A stretch of DNA of 64,000 nt, taken from positions 19,877,101-19,941,100 of the forward strand of contig NC_134025.1 of NCBI RefSeq assembly GCF_964204645.1, written 5' to 3'. This document shows, in pieces, positions 27,494-39,330 of this stretch (its first letter is position 1; each line of letters opens with the position of its first letter). Source of the stretch: Tubulanus polymorphus (Eukaryota; Animalia; Nemertea). The notes beneath the pieces are model-generated. The model saw only the letters and a list, made by a program, of their open reading frames with translations, did not search any database and had not been told where the DNA came from. The position numbers and the translations under genes are program-made.

Positions 27494-28343
27494 GAATAAG
27501 ACTGTTAAATTGGTTGAAAATATAAAAATAGATAATATTATAACTATTTCAATATTTAGATAAATAATTTATATTTATGATTTTTATAAAAACTAATTTA
27601 TATATCTATGTACTAGACGTACGAGTAAGAAAGTAAGATTCTTGCCAAGAAAGTAAGATTTCTTGGATTCTTACTCGTACGTCTAGTAGATTGTTGTAAA
27701 TGAAATAAATCACGAATAAGACTGTTAAATTAGCTGAAATGTATGAAATATTGTATGAAATATTAGTTAACCAAAAAAGGGGGTTGAGGTATCAATGTAT
27801 TAAATACGTATTTAATACGTATTAATGGTATTAAATACGTATTAATGGTATCAAATACATATTATGCTTTATTTCTGAAAATGAAGTCACAGAAGTAATT
27901 TATGTTTTTATTCATTCAAGTATGATATTGTAAATTCTTTACATTTGACTAGGATAATACAAGAGTGATATTAGTTAGCTTATTCAATAAGAGAAACAAT
28001 GAAATAATACAAGAGTGATACTAACAGTTAAAGTTATTGAATTTCTTGTTAAATCTATTTGAATTCTAGTCAATTCTTGTTAACCAATAGCGCGAATAGA
28101 AATCAAAAAGATTTAAATAAAAAAACAATAAGTTAAATAAGTTAGTATAAGATAAAGTAACTTATTGTTTTTTTATTTAAATCTTTTTGATTTCTATTCG
28201 CGCTATTGGTTAACAAGAATTGACTAGAATTGATTTAATATTCTGTTGATTTTTATATATTAGATGTAATATTTCTAATACCTTATTTTCACTCATTTTT
28301 AAAGTCAAAATATATAGAATAAATTAAATTAAAAGATGCTGTT

Positions 28344-28562
28344 TTAATCCTCCAAATCATTTAAATCATTAACTTTTTTATTGTTATTCTTTCTGTGATT
28401 GTTTCCATTTAACTTCTTTAATTTCTTGCTCAATTTTATATTTTCATTAATCAAATCCTTACTGATATTTTCATAATAAAAGAAAAGCGCAGCCAATATT
28501 AATCCGCCTGCTACTAAATAATGTTTCAAATCACTTTTCCCAGTTGGGATGAAACCATCCAT
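28344..28562 (-). CDS. Right-arm copy of element ORF2
   Basis: Same 72-aa translation as 26922..27140. Confidence 0.55.
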   Translation of the reverse strand: MDGFIPTGKSDLKHYLVAGGLILAALFFYYENISKDLINENIKLSKKLKKLNGNNHRKNNNKKVNDLNDLED

Positions 28563-28684
28563 TTATTTAAGAGAAAAATTAAACAGTTTATAAAATATTT
28601 GCTAGTTTTTAATTAAATATTTTATAATCATTTTAAAAATATTAAACTTTTAAATGATTAAATCAAATAACAATTAAATTTACA

Positions 28685-29268
28685 GCCAAACAATTTAACA
28701 TTTCAACTGTCAAACAATTTATCATTTCAACTGTCAAACAATTTATCATTTCAACTGTCAAATAATTTATCATTTCAACTGTCGAACAATTTATCATTTC
28801 AACTGTCAAACAATTTATCATTTCAACTGTCAAACAATTTATCATTTAAACTGTCAAACAATTTATCATTTCAACTGTTAAACAATTTATCATTTCAACT
28901 GTCAAACAATTTATCATTTCAACTGTCAAACAATTTATCATTTCAACTGTCAAACAATCTATCATTTCAACTGTCAAACAATTTATCATTTCAACTGTCT
29001 TATCATTTCCACAGTCGAACAATTTATCATTTCAACTGTCAAACAATTTATCATTTCAACTGTCAAACAATTTATCATTTCAACTGTCAAACAATTTATC
29101 ATTTCAACTGTCTTATCATTTCAACAGTCGAACAATTTATCATTTCAACTGTCAAACAATTTATCATTTCAACTGTCAAACAATTTATCATTTCAACTGT
29201 CAAACAATTTATCATTTCAACTGCCAAACAATTTATCATTTCAACTGTCAAAAAATTTATCATTTCAT
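28685..29268 (-). repeat. Same 24-bp minisatellite, about 24 copies, inverted
   Basis: Directly visible; includes two shortened units; explains the MINCLTVE repeat ORF. Confidence 0.95.
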
Positions 29269-29360
29269 GCTAAACAATTCATGATCTTTAGGATAGTTAC
29301 TGAAATCAAAATGATGTTTTGATGTTTTTAAATCATCTGTTATGTTATTAGTTTTTATCT

Positions 29361-29920
29361 TTAATATGTGTTATGATATTTTGATTTAAGATAGTGTGAT
29401 TTATTGCTTCGAGTATAATATTTTCCACAATTACATAAAACGCTTTCATTAGGATTATATTTAGGCGCAACAATTTCATTATCTAAGTTACATTGAATTC
29501 CAACATCTTTATATGATTTTTCATTTGGAATGTCAGGGATAAATCTCTTTTCTTGTAATCTGAAAAACATAACATAGCATTCTCTAAATGGGCAATAACG
29601 TAAGTGTAAAAATAATGTTTTATGTGAATTTTCATTTTAAAAAGTGATTGCATTTCATCTGTAATTATTGAATGTTTATCTATTCTATCAAATGTTGTGA
29701 ATTTTGGAATTATTGTATCGAATAAGATTTTATCTTTATCATTCGATAACTCTATTATTAGATAGTGATTTTTAAACACTAATTCAGTAATATTTTTCAC
29801 TTGAAAACGAAGCCGCGCAGTTTTAATCAAATCTTTAATAGGAATGAAATTTTTAATTGTAAAATATTTTTCTAATTCATTTAAATCGATATCTTTGAAA
29901 TGTAGTATCTGTTCATTCAT
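29361..29920 (-). pseudogene. Right-arm copy of element ORF1, frameshifted
   Basis: A 1-bp deletion near 29637 splits it into ORFs 29483..29962 and 29361..29570. Confidence 0.7.
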
Positions 29921-32900
29921 ATTTATAAGTAATTTTGTTATTAAAATTGATATTTTCATCAACTCGTTAATTACTCGTTACTTTTAAACATAAAATAAGA
30001 ATTTAACGCATATAAATATAAATATTCACTGTTTTAAATATGAATTATTTCACTCGTTAATTACTCGTTACTTTTTATATTGAAAATAAGAATTTAACGC
30101 ATATAAATATAAATATTCAATGATTTATATATGAATTATTTCAATCACACTTTACTAACACTTTTAATGTTTAAAAATCTAACTCATACAAATATAAATA
30201 TTGAAATAATGTTTAAAATATATCTATCTATCTATTCTATAAGAGCTCGTTAATTACTCGTTACTTTTTTACTAACACTTTACTCACACTTTTATATTGA
30301 ATAATCTATCAATTTATATGTTATTCATGTAAATTATGTTTATATATATATATATGAATATTTTAAGAGTAATAGGGATAATGGGCTTTCAGGTTAAAGG
30401 TTGAAGGGGCGAGTGAGTAAAAAAATGAATAATAATTTACAGTTGAATTAGGAGTGTGCGCGACTAATTCAACTGTAAATTATTGTTATTTTCATTTTTT
30501 TACGAGCTCGACCCTTCGACCTTAGATCTGAAAGCCTATTATCCCTATTACTCACATATCAGAGGATGGCTGAATATTGAGTCTTGGAAACGAAACCTCT
30601 TCCAATGTATGGCCGCGGAAGCTAAAACACCGGGCGTAGTATTAGATCGTTTTAAATCCTGGAATTTACCATTACAATATTCAGACCTCGACCTATACCT
30701 ATAGTTTGCTGCTTAGTATTTTCAGGTCACGAGAAATTACAATTTATTACAAATTCTATCGAACAGAAAACACAGCTCATCTTCTGCTACGACGATTATT
30801 CAGCCTGTTATCATACCAAACGTGCACGCGCCAAGCAGCGTTACAGCATCACCATATAGTAGTCTGTATGAGCGTGTGTTTGTGTGCGCAACAGTCTATA
30901 GCACTCTTGCGCAAGTGGAGGCCTTGTGTAGTGAACGTTTGCTTCACTTCAATCTCAATCACCGATCACCGGGTATTAAAATGAAACAATACCTATGGCG
31001 ATATGTGAATAATTATATTCTCACCAGCAACAAGCATTTAAAATTCGCACATATACGGCACCAGTCCAATGAAACGTTCGCCATTAATGGCTTTCCCATA
31101 ATTATTTTAGTAGCGCCGGAATTCCCTGTATATCCCAAAAATAGCCAATCACATTCGCTCGTAGAGACGATGCCCCCCGATCGAGGTCATAGCATTTTGT
31201 TACGCAAGAGCTAAGAATTTTCCCGCCAAAAACAGTTTTTCATCGAATTTAAACAAAGTTTACCATGTCATCGACGGAGGTTCGTCATGTCTTCAATCGC
31301 ATCGATTATACATCGTTTGACCCGAGAACCAATGAAAAAAATTCTCACATAAAAAAAAAGTGGCGCAATTTTACATGAATTGGCTCAATGCCAACCTCAT
31401 ACTGCTGACAAAGGTAAACCAAAAATGTAACAGTGTGGGCTCCGGATATATATATTCAACAAGGAAATATCACATCAAACTTAAATCAAGCCTGTGTAGT
31501 TTTACAGTTCATTCAGCACTAACCAGGGATTTGAGCCCCAACCCTTACCTAAAGGAACTCGGAAAATACTACGCATCAAGCGAATAGATGATAAATTTAT
31601 GTCACAGCCATTGCTATTTTTGGGTAAACTTGAGGCAAGAAATTCACCGGGGATAACCAATCTAATTAATCTATTAGAAGCTCTAACGGAAACCTGCGGG
31701 TACCTGAAGGAATTAATTAACTGCAAAACAAAAGCTATAGCTTCGAGAAAATTTGCAGTGATTAAATTCAACTAGATACTCATTCCAGGGTAATCTTATG
31801 GAAAAATCCAGAAGAAAAACTAAATGACCTCATATCAGGGCTGGCAGAAAAGAGGTGGCTGAAGAATGAACTACATTTAATTGCATGAATCAGCTCAAGA
31901 TTTTTTTAGTCAATAATTGTTTATCTTAATCTGCTCTTCCGATTAAACTGTATTTCATCGTTAACGCATAAAGGCTGGCGACTTGAAGAAATATAGCTAC
32001 AACCGCAAACGCCATCTGCGAATACAATTAAGAACTAACATATAAAACCAAAAAAAATTTGTTAACATATGCCACGATCACAAGTGCCAAAAATGCTTGT
32101 GTGATCGTGACTTATTTTGGCAAATTTATTTTGAATTTCCCCGGACAAATGTTGGCACGGGTGCCAAATTGGCCGGTGTATTTTAAGGCTGGCTTATGTC
32201 GACGAGTGACGCAACGCCTCCCAACTCAAATGAGAGAATGGTCACACAGATGCTTTTCATATAAACAGATGAAACTCAGAAGTTCAGATCACAAAATATA
32301 CAAGGAAAATCAAATTTCCACGATTAATTGCAATGCCAGACAATTCTTAATCTGATATGATTATAGAGCCGTGCCTATAGAGCACTTATGTAGGTAATAA
32401 GAAGGTGACCTCTGTAGAAGTTTTGGAAAATAATTCTGCCCTCTATAGGATTTCTGAGACAATTTTTGGTGCTCTTTTCTGAATCTTCGGCATTATGACG
32501 TGCCCTTGAGGATTTTGGCAATTTGAACATGCTCTTCTTGAATATTTGACAATATTATTGTCAGTGAGGCGTGCCTGTCCCTTTTTAGAACGTATTATGG
32601 TTACGGACCGAACAGTATTTTGTGAGAAATTTGTTGAAAAGGCCAATTGACAAATTCAAGTGGTCGCCCCTGCATGACAACCTAAGATCAGCTTGAAAGG
32701 AAAAATATAACTAATTAGCCTCAAACTGAGGATTTATCTAGCCCTCAATCATGCTTTATTTTATGTTTTATGACACCATCTTACTTGAGACTATCATAAG
32801 TTTGACGATTTACACCGAATTCAGTAGTAATAATCTATATCAAATTTTGTGCCATATGGCAGAGTACAACAAAATCTAAAAAAAAATATACAGATGCAAG

Positions 32901-32960
32901 TAGGGTCAAATTGGATCTGATCAACTATGAAATATGACAGCTGACTGGGATATCCCTAAA

Positions 32961-33248
32961 CCATTTCAGTGTGTCTACACCGCAGTGTGGTGTATGAATC
33001 AGTGATGGATTTTGCTAGTACACCGCACTGCGGTGTATTGATGTAATTTGTAAATAGTTTTTATCTCTATTGAAAGATGGCAGCACCTGTCAAACATAGT
33101 TAAATATTAGTAACTAACGATATACTGCGCCACGGTGTAGACGCACTATAGTGGTATTCCGGTTATTCTACACGCTAGGGTGGAATTTTTCACAATTTTC
33201 AAATTATCTCCAACACTATAGGGTATTGATTAGTCAGCACTGAAAGGG
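32961..33248 (+). mobile_element. piggyBac-like MITE, copy 2
   Basis: Homologous to 8155-8418; ends TGAAAGGG|TTAA. Confidence 0.82.
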
Positions 33249-34120
33249 TTAAATCGTACAAATATTCATTGTTCAGAAAGGTTTCATCTCAGCACATATC
33301 AGTTAAGTTGTAAGTTCATTTTGGCTCTAGCAAAACAATAACTAAACAATTTCACTCGCCTACACGAAATATTCAAATTGTTATGATCTATGGACACTCT
33401 AAAAATAAGAACAGTGCATGGGAATGTCAACCGTTCCACATACAAAAAAACTAAGGATCACCGCTCTACCAAGGCTAATGTCAATGCTGTTTTCTTAGTA
33501 GTTAACCCTGAAAATTCCAGTGATTACAAAAGGAAGTGTGAAATATACGTGTAAACCAGTTTAAAAAGAACTGGACTATTAACTTTTTACACGTTCCTAA
33601 AATCATAATGGAAACGGAATCCATTTCTAAGTGTTTACGACCAACAAGGTCAGAGCCGAACTGATATTTTTGTGTATCATGATTTTGTCGATTCAATGGT
33701 GGCTACAGAAAAATCAAATTCATCTTATTATTGATAGGTCGATCTAGTTAAATTGATGCTCAACTATAGGCCGACTATAATGAAGTGTTATCCATCAAAG
33801 TGATTAAAATTGCAAGGTTTGCAATAACTTTTCAGTGAAATACGAAGAACGCTCAAAAACAAATCAGTAGTCAAGGACAATAATACACCTTTCATATTGC
33901 GTACAAAAAAATCATGTCACTATTTACCAGGCCAAAATTCTAACACATCTCCGATAGCCATATCAATTATAAAATTGGGTTAATTGTTTTCGAAATGTGG
34001 TGTTCATTTCAAAATGGAAACTCTTCACAGCTGTGTAAGTTTTTTTCTGGTCTTCACAGCCGCTGTTCCCTATATAGAACATTAAAACTTATTTCTGCTC
34101 GAAATACGATTCATACTTAC

Positions 34121-34230
34121 TGTAAACGAGATTGTTCACTATTTTTGATTGTTTGATCCCGTTGCAACACGCTAATGACAGCGGCACGTTCATTTTCACA
34201 GAGATACGATAGATCGATCAATGCATCCAT
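34121..34230 (-). CDS. Synaptotagmin-like (Slp4/5-like) Rab effector, first coding exon (SHD1 helix)
   Basis: Manual translation MDALIDLSYLCENERAAVISVLQRDQTIKNSEQSRLQ matches the Slp-homology SHD1 pattern (DLSxLxxxERxxIxxVLQRD). Acceptor tttcag lies upstream of 34238 and donor CA|gtaagt follows 34121. Phase 2 joins the 24101 exon. Confidence 0.9.
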
Positions 34231-34333
34231 GATTATTTCTGAAAGTTGTAGACGTCATTAGTGTAGACAAAAGCAATTTGCGTAAAAAACATTTTCTTTC
34301 ATCTATTCAAACATACAGCAAACCAAAGCTTAA

Positions 34334-34621
34334 CCCTTTCAGTGCTGACTAATTAATACCCTATAGTGCTGGAGATAATTTGAAAATTTTAAGAAATTCC
34401 ACCCTAGTGTGTTGAATAACAGGAATACCACTATAGTGCGTCTACACCACAGCACGGCATATCGTTAGTAACTAATATTTCACTATGTTTGACAGGTGCT
34501 GCCATTTTTCAAGAGAGATAATTACTAATTACTTATTAGATCAATACACTGCAGTGCGGTGCACTAGCAAAATCTATCACTGATTTATACACCGCATTGC
34601 GGTGTAGACGCACTGAAAGGG
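34334..34621 (-). mobile_element. piggyBac-like MITE, copy 3 (inverted)
   Basis: TTAA|CCCTTTCAGTGC..GCACTGAAAGGG|TTAA. Confidence 0.85.
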
Positions 34622-36289
34622 TTAAAACTCGAGTGCCCACAAGCCCCCCTCCTCAAACTTGCACTACAGGGGAAACAGCCACTCTCCATGACATGAAATG
34701 TTTCAATTTAATTTGCACAGTACAATCGCATTTTCTAAAGTAACACAAAGGCAGATGGCGGACAGGAACAAAAATTCTGATCATTCTGTTTATTCCTTTG
34801 TCTCGCTGATTTGAAGGCAAATTGATTACAAATGGATTAGATTTTTTCATTCAATGAAATTCAATTCAATTTGCCATTTAGTTGAATAAATAAAATTGAA
34901 TTTGCAATGGGGTACCCGCAACGCTACTGTGACATGCAAAATTCAAACATCCACCAGGTTCGCTGGCGTACAGTATGACATTGCTGCTGGATTTCTTCTC
35001 AAATTCACTTAAAATCTAACAATATAATTTCTCAAAGCATGGAGTACGACAATCGTGCCACATAATATGAACTCTAAAGACTAATCCCAGTATATTTCGA
35101 TGTATGATTTAACTAATTTTTGGATCGAAAGAGTGAAAATCGAGATAAAATTTACTTAAAAATGAACAAATTTTCATCAAGTTCATCCGATATCATCCGA
35201 TACATACGATGGGATAGAGCTGGTATGCCGGTATCCCATTCAAGCGCATGGCTAATAAGCATATCAAGGTATCCATGCCTGGAGCCTGATGTATCTTGTC
35301 TTGAGTAGGCTAGTCACAGAATGAATTTAAAAACTTTCAATTATCAACTTTCATTTCTATAATTTTTCACTTTTTTCAGATCTGCAGAATATTGGGTTGG
35401 ATCAAATCAAATTCTATTTTCTCAAAATCATCAGTTGAAAATCCACCTATGCCAGAGATGATTATCTCATAAATCGTAACAAAATTGGCTACAACAACTG
35501 ATAGAACAAAATAACCACAGACTTTTCAATTTTCCTTCCGATTCTCAAGCTAGGCTAACTATTTTGAGAAGATATTGAACTAGATAGCCACGATCACACG
35601 AGCCTTTTGGCCTTGGGAAAAACTGTTCACACCAGTGCCATATGGGCCCATGCCAGTTTGGCTCCAGCTGAATTTGACCCTATCAAAAATGTCTGAGCCA
35701 AATTTTAGCACAGGTAAAATTATTGCTTGTGAATTGCAACTGGTTAGGGAAGTGAAGCTCCGTTTAAGCGTTATATGTTGTTTGGATGCACATCCCTCTG
35801 GCCGCATGTCAGTACAGTATGCGGAGTGCTTTTCATTTTATTTTCATACACATGAATTAATTATTGATGTACGGTAATTTTGTTTCATTAGATAATGCCA
35901 TCACTAGCCTCTGGAGCAATACAACAGAATATCATAGTGAAGATTATGAAAATCATTATGTGGAAGAAATGGGAGAAAGGGGAAAATCAGCAAAAACGTC
36001 AATTGAGGAGGTGAACAAAATATCTATCAAATGTCACCGGCCATATACACTACAATGCAGGTATAGTAGCCGTGGGCTCTACATGATGTACGCTTACAAA
36101 AAACCTGACCCTAAATGAGAATGAAACTAAAAATGGGGCTTCAAACTTAAAAACCAATCTAAATAACAAGAGAAGTCTGTATAAATCTTAATGATTTTTA
36201 ATAGGCTCATCTGATGCAGGTATTACCGTGAACTGTGCCCCCTTTCCCCCATAGACTCTAAAACATACCAGGTATCACCTCACCCATAT

Positions 36290-38130
36290 ATACTGGGGAA
36301 GTGGTTTTGAAATGCCCAACAGAAAATTTCAATTTTCAACGCCCCTGGTGAGCATATAGCCTTGAGACTCACCATAATCATAGTAGATGGAACATGCCAT
36401 GTGCTACAATTTTGCAATTAATTGTGGTAAAAAATTATGCAATTAATTGTGGTAATAAATTATGCCTAGATTTAGATACCAAAATAATCTGAAAATACTA
36501 AAATTATTCAGCTATTCAACGCCCCTGGTGACCATATAAAAAAGCCAATAATCTTGATGCTCATCACAATCATAGATGATGTCATGAGCTACAACTTTGC
36601 AATTGATTGCGGTTACAAAATATCCATAGGTACCAATATAAACAGGCAAATTGAATATAATTCAATTTTCAACTCCCCTGGTGGTGAGAACAAAAAGCTG
36701 ATTAACCCCAATTCCATGCAAAAGGATGAACACTAAGACAGAGGTAACAATGATAAATATCAAAGCTATAAGTTAAAACCAGGCGATATATTCCTCAAAA
36801 AACTTTTCCTGTATATGAATGAGGACGTCAATAAGAGGACCGCCAATTACGACAATATTGACTGATGACAAATATGTCTGATATCTATAAGATCCCTTAC
36901 CATAGTATACCAATAACCAATCTTATTGAAAAATGGCCTACCTCGGAATTCGGGCAAAAATGACACAAAAAAGGTCTCCAGTCTGATTGACCCAATTTTT
37001 CTTATCTTGATGGGCCATGGGGGATACAAACATGTGTAAGATTAAGATAATTGAGTGAAGTGTCTTCAAAATTTCCCTCGAAAATTTCAACAAGAGCCCC
37101 AAGGGGCACAATGGCCAGCCTGTCAGATTTGCTTTTTATAAATGATGTAATCTGTGGGTTATATTTATCAATATACACTCCCTGCTCAATATCATTTACA
37201 TAGTAAAATCGTGTGTTAACACAGACAGCAGGAACGAATGTATTATAGAAATACGAAGTTATTGTATTGTTCAACGCCCCTGGTGGCCATATACAAAAAC
37301 CAATGAGCTTGAAACTCACCAAAATCACAGAACAGCTTATAAGCTACAACTTTCTAATTTATTGTTTCAACAAAATATGCTTAGGTATCAATATAATGTC
37401 GAAACCATGTCATGAGCTACAACTTTCCAATTGATTGTGGTAGCAAAATATGCATAGGTACAAATGTAATATAGAAATACTAAGTAATTGTAATGTTCAA
37501 CGCCCCCTGGTGGCCATAAACAAAAAACCAATGAGCTTGAAACTCACCTCAATCATAGAACATGTCATGAGCTACAACTTTCCAATTGATTATGGTAGCA
37601 AAATATGTTTAAGTATCAATTATTATGTGGAAAAACTTTTTTCCCACCTACGAATGAGTACTGATGACCCCAAGATGGCCGCCAAGTGTGTCATAATTGC
37701 CTGGTCAAAAATACCCTCTCTGATATAAAAGATCCCTTTCCAAAGAATACCCATTAAAAATTGCAATGAAACATGGCACACCATTAGAAAGCTACAGTAC
37801 TCAGAATTCAGGCCAAAATTGACATTTTTTGGGAACAAAAAAGGTCACAGGACAGCCATCTTGAGTCCGATCGACCCAATTTTTCTCATGCCAATGGGCC
37901 CTCGGGGGATACAAATATATACGAATGATCAAGGTTATTGATAAAAGTGTCTTCAAAATTTCCCTCGAAAACTTCAAAAATGTGTAAAAAGTGCTGATTT
38001 TGGCGAACAACAATGGCTGCCAGTCGGCCATCTTGAATCTGAGAGGGCCAGTTTTTGGCCTGAAGATGTGTCTAGGGTAGATACACGTATACACCAAATA
38101 TTAAGACATTACCTTGAAGCGTCTTCAAAA
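36290..38130 (+). repeat. Dispersed repeat with ~150-bp internal tandem units
   Basis: Units TTCAACGCCCC(C)TGGTG..GAAACTCACC..CATGAGCTACAACTTT; inverted homologue at ~56200-61900 and fragments at ~18230-18460 and ~6700. Confidence 0.8.
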
Positions 38131-38260
38131 CTTTGGAACTCTCACGAACTATCTAGATGGTTATCTCTCGACCTCAATAGCTTCAAGACCCATCTCAAAA
38201 CAATTTTGTTCCATGCAGCAAAACATTAACTCTCGGAAAGCGAATTGTATTTAACATTTT
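38131..38260 (+). mobile_element. L2/CR1 LINE 3' end fragment
   Basis: Translates to LWNS..LNSFKTHLKTILF, typical of the ORF2 C-terminus. Confidence 0.55.
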
Positions 38261-39099
38261 TTTGGCAGAATAAAATTTGATTGAATTTGCAATTCGAGCA
38301 CATGGCTAATTAGCATATCAAGGTCATACACCCGATTTGATAAAACCTTTTTTTCGCGAACCTTGCGCAATTGTCAAGGATGAATTTTCTGTAGAGCAAA
38401 TAAAAATTCCTCCCAAACACCAAATCAACTAAAGATTTCATAGAAATCGATCTTGAAATACAATTTTAAATCTTAAAATAAAACCCGGAAGTAAAACAGT
38501 AGACGATACCGCGGGTTCACGTGAACACCTGATTTCTGTAAAAGAAATGTTGGTTGAGACAAAATTGTTCAGACGGTTTTAGGTGGTAATAAGTACGGAA
38601 ACGTTACGACCATGGTCGACTTATTCGATGAAATCAGGCCTATCTATGTGATATCCAAATTTTGACTTTTTTATTCTCCAGACCTCCCTGATATAGAAAT
38701 AAAAAATTTTGGTGGTACGAAAGTGCAATCACAGCGCCGACAGCGACAGAGCCGTGTCAGAGATCGGCGGAGTGAAAATTTAGGTGGACGAACACGAAGA
38801 AGTAGGCTATTGCGCTACTTGAATCGCGAAAACTCCTGGCGCGGCCCCGACGCTTTTCGTTGATTAAGTAATACAAATATCATGCAATGGGTTTTCACAA
38901 TCTACCGCCGGTATTTACCGGATTTCAATATCACTCCAAAATTCAAAGAAACCTCGATATATCGAACCGGAACACGTCCGGTAGATATCCGCGCCTGCCC
39001 AACCGGGAAACTTATTTGTTTCAATAGATATTGATAGGATCCATCATCTTCACCCGTCAAGGGATTCGAACCCACTAAGCTAAAGCCGTGCCAGAATCG

Positions 39100-39330
39100 G
39101 GTCGGGCCAATCACAGCCCTTGTAACTAACCACATTAGGCATTCTGTGGAATTTCCCAGTAAATGGGCCAATCAGCGAACACGTAGCGAACGCGGAAGTA
39201 TTGTCGCGTGTTGATACATGACGTCATGCGCAAAAGCGCCAGTAATGAAATCGCGATAATTCACGTGAACAGCTGCTGATATTTTCAGATAAACCAATCA
39301 CAGGGAAGACACAACTTCCTGATTGGCTGA
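39100..39330. promoter_or_regulatory. CpG-rich promoter-like motif cluster
   Basis: CCAAT x3 plus ATTGG, TGACGTCA (39219), CGGAAGT, TCACGTGA and ACTTCCTG within ~230 bp; target gene unknown. Confidence 0.5.

Larger units (their letters stand above)
25249..30552. mobile_element. Non-autonomous Polinton/Maverick-derived foldback element
   Basis: 6-bp TSD CACATA (25243-48, 30553-58); 5'-AGT..ACT-3' termini; inverted arms ~25249-27256 and ~28228-30552; pPolB-like remnant; very AT-rich with compact intronless ORFs. Confidence 0.85.

Noticed and set aside
28663-28845. MINCLTVE repeat protein
   Set aside because: Translation of the 24-bp minisatellite; no independent coding evidence.
25249-30552. 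Foldback assembly artefact
   Set aside because: Not favoured: perfect TSD, substitutions, indels and different array lengths between arms, and a unique spacer. Long-read confirmation is still needed.
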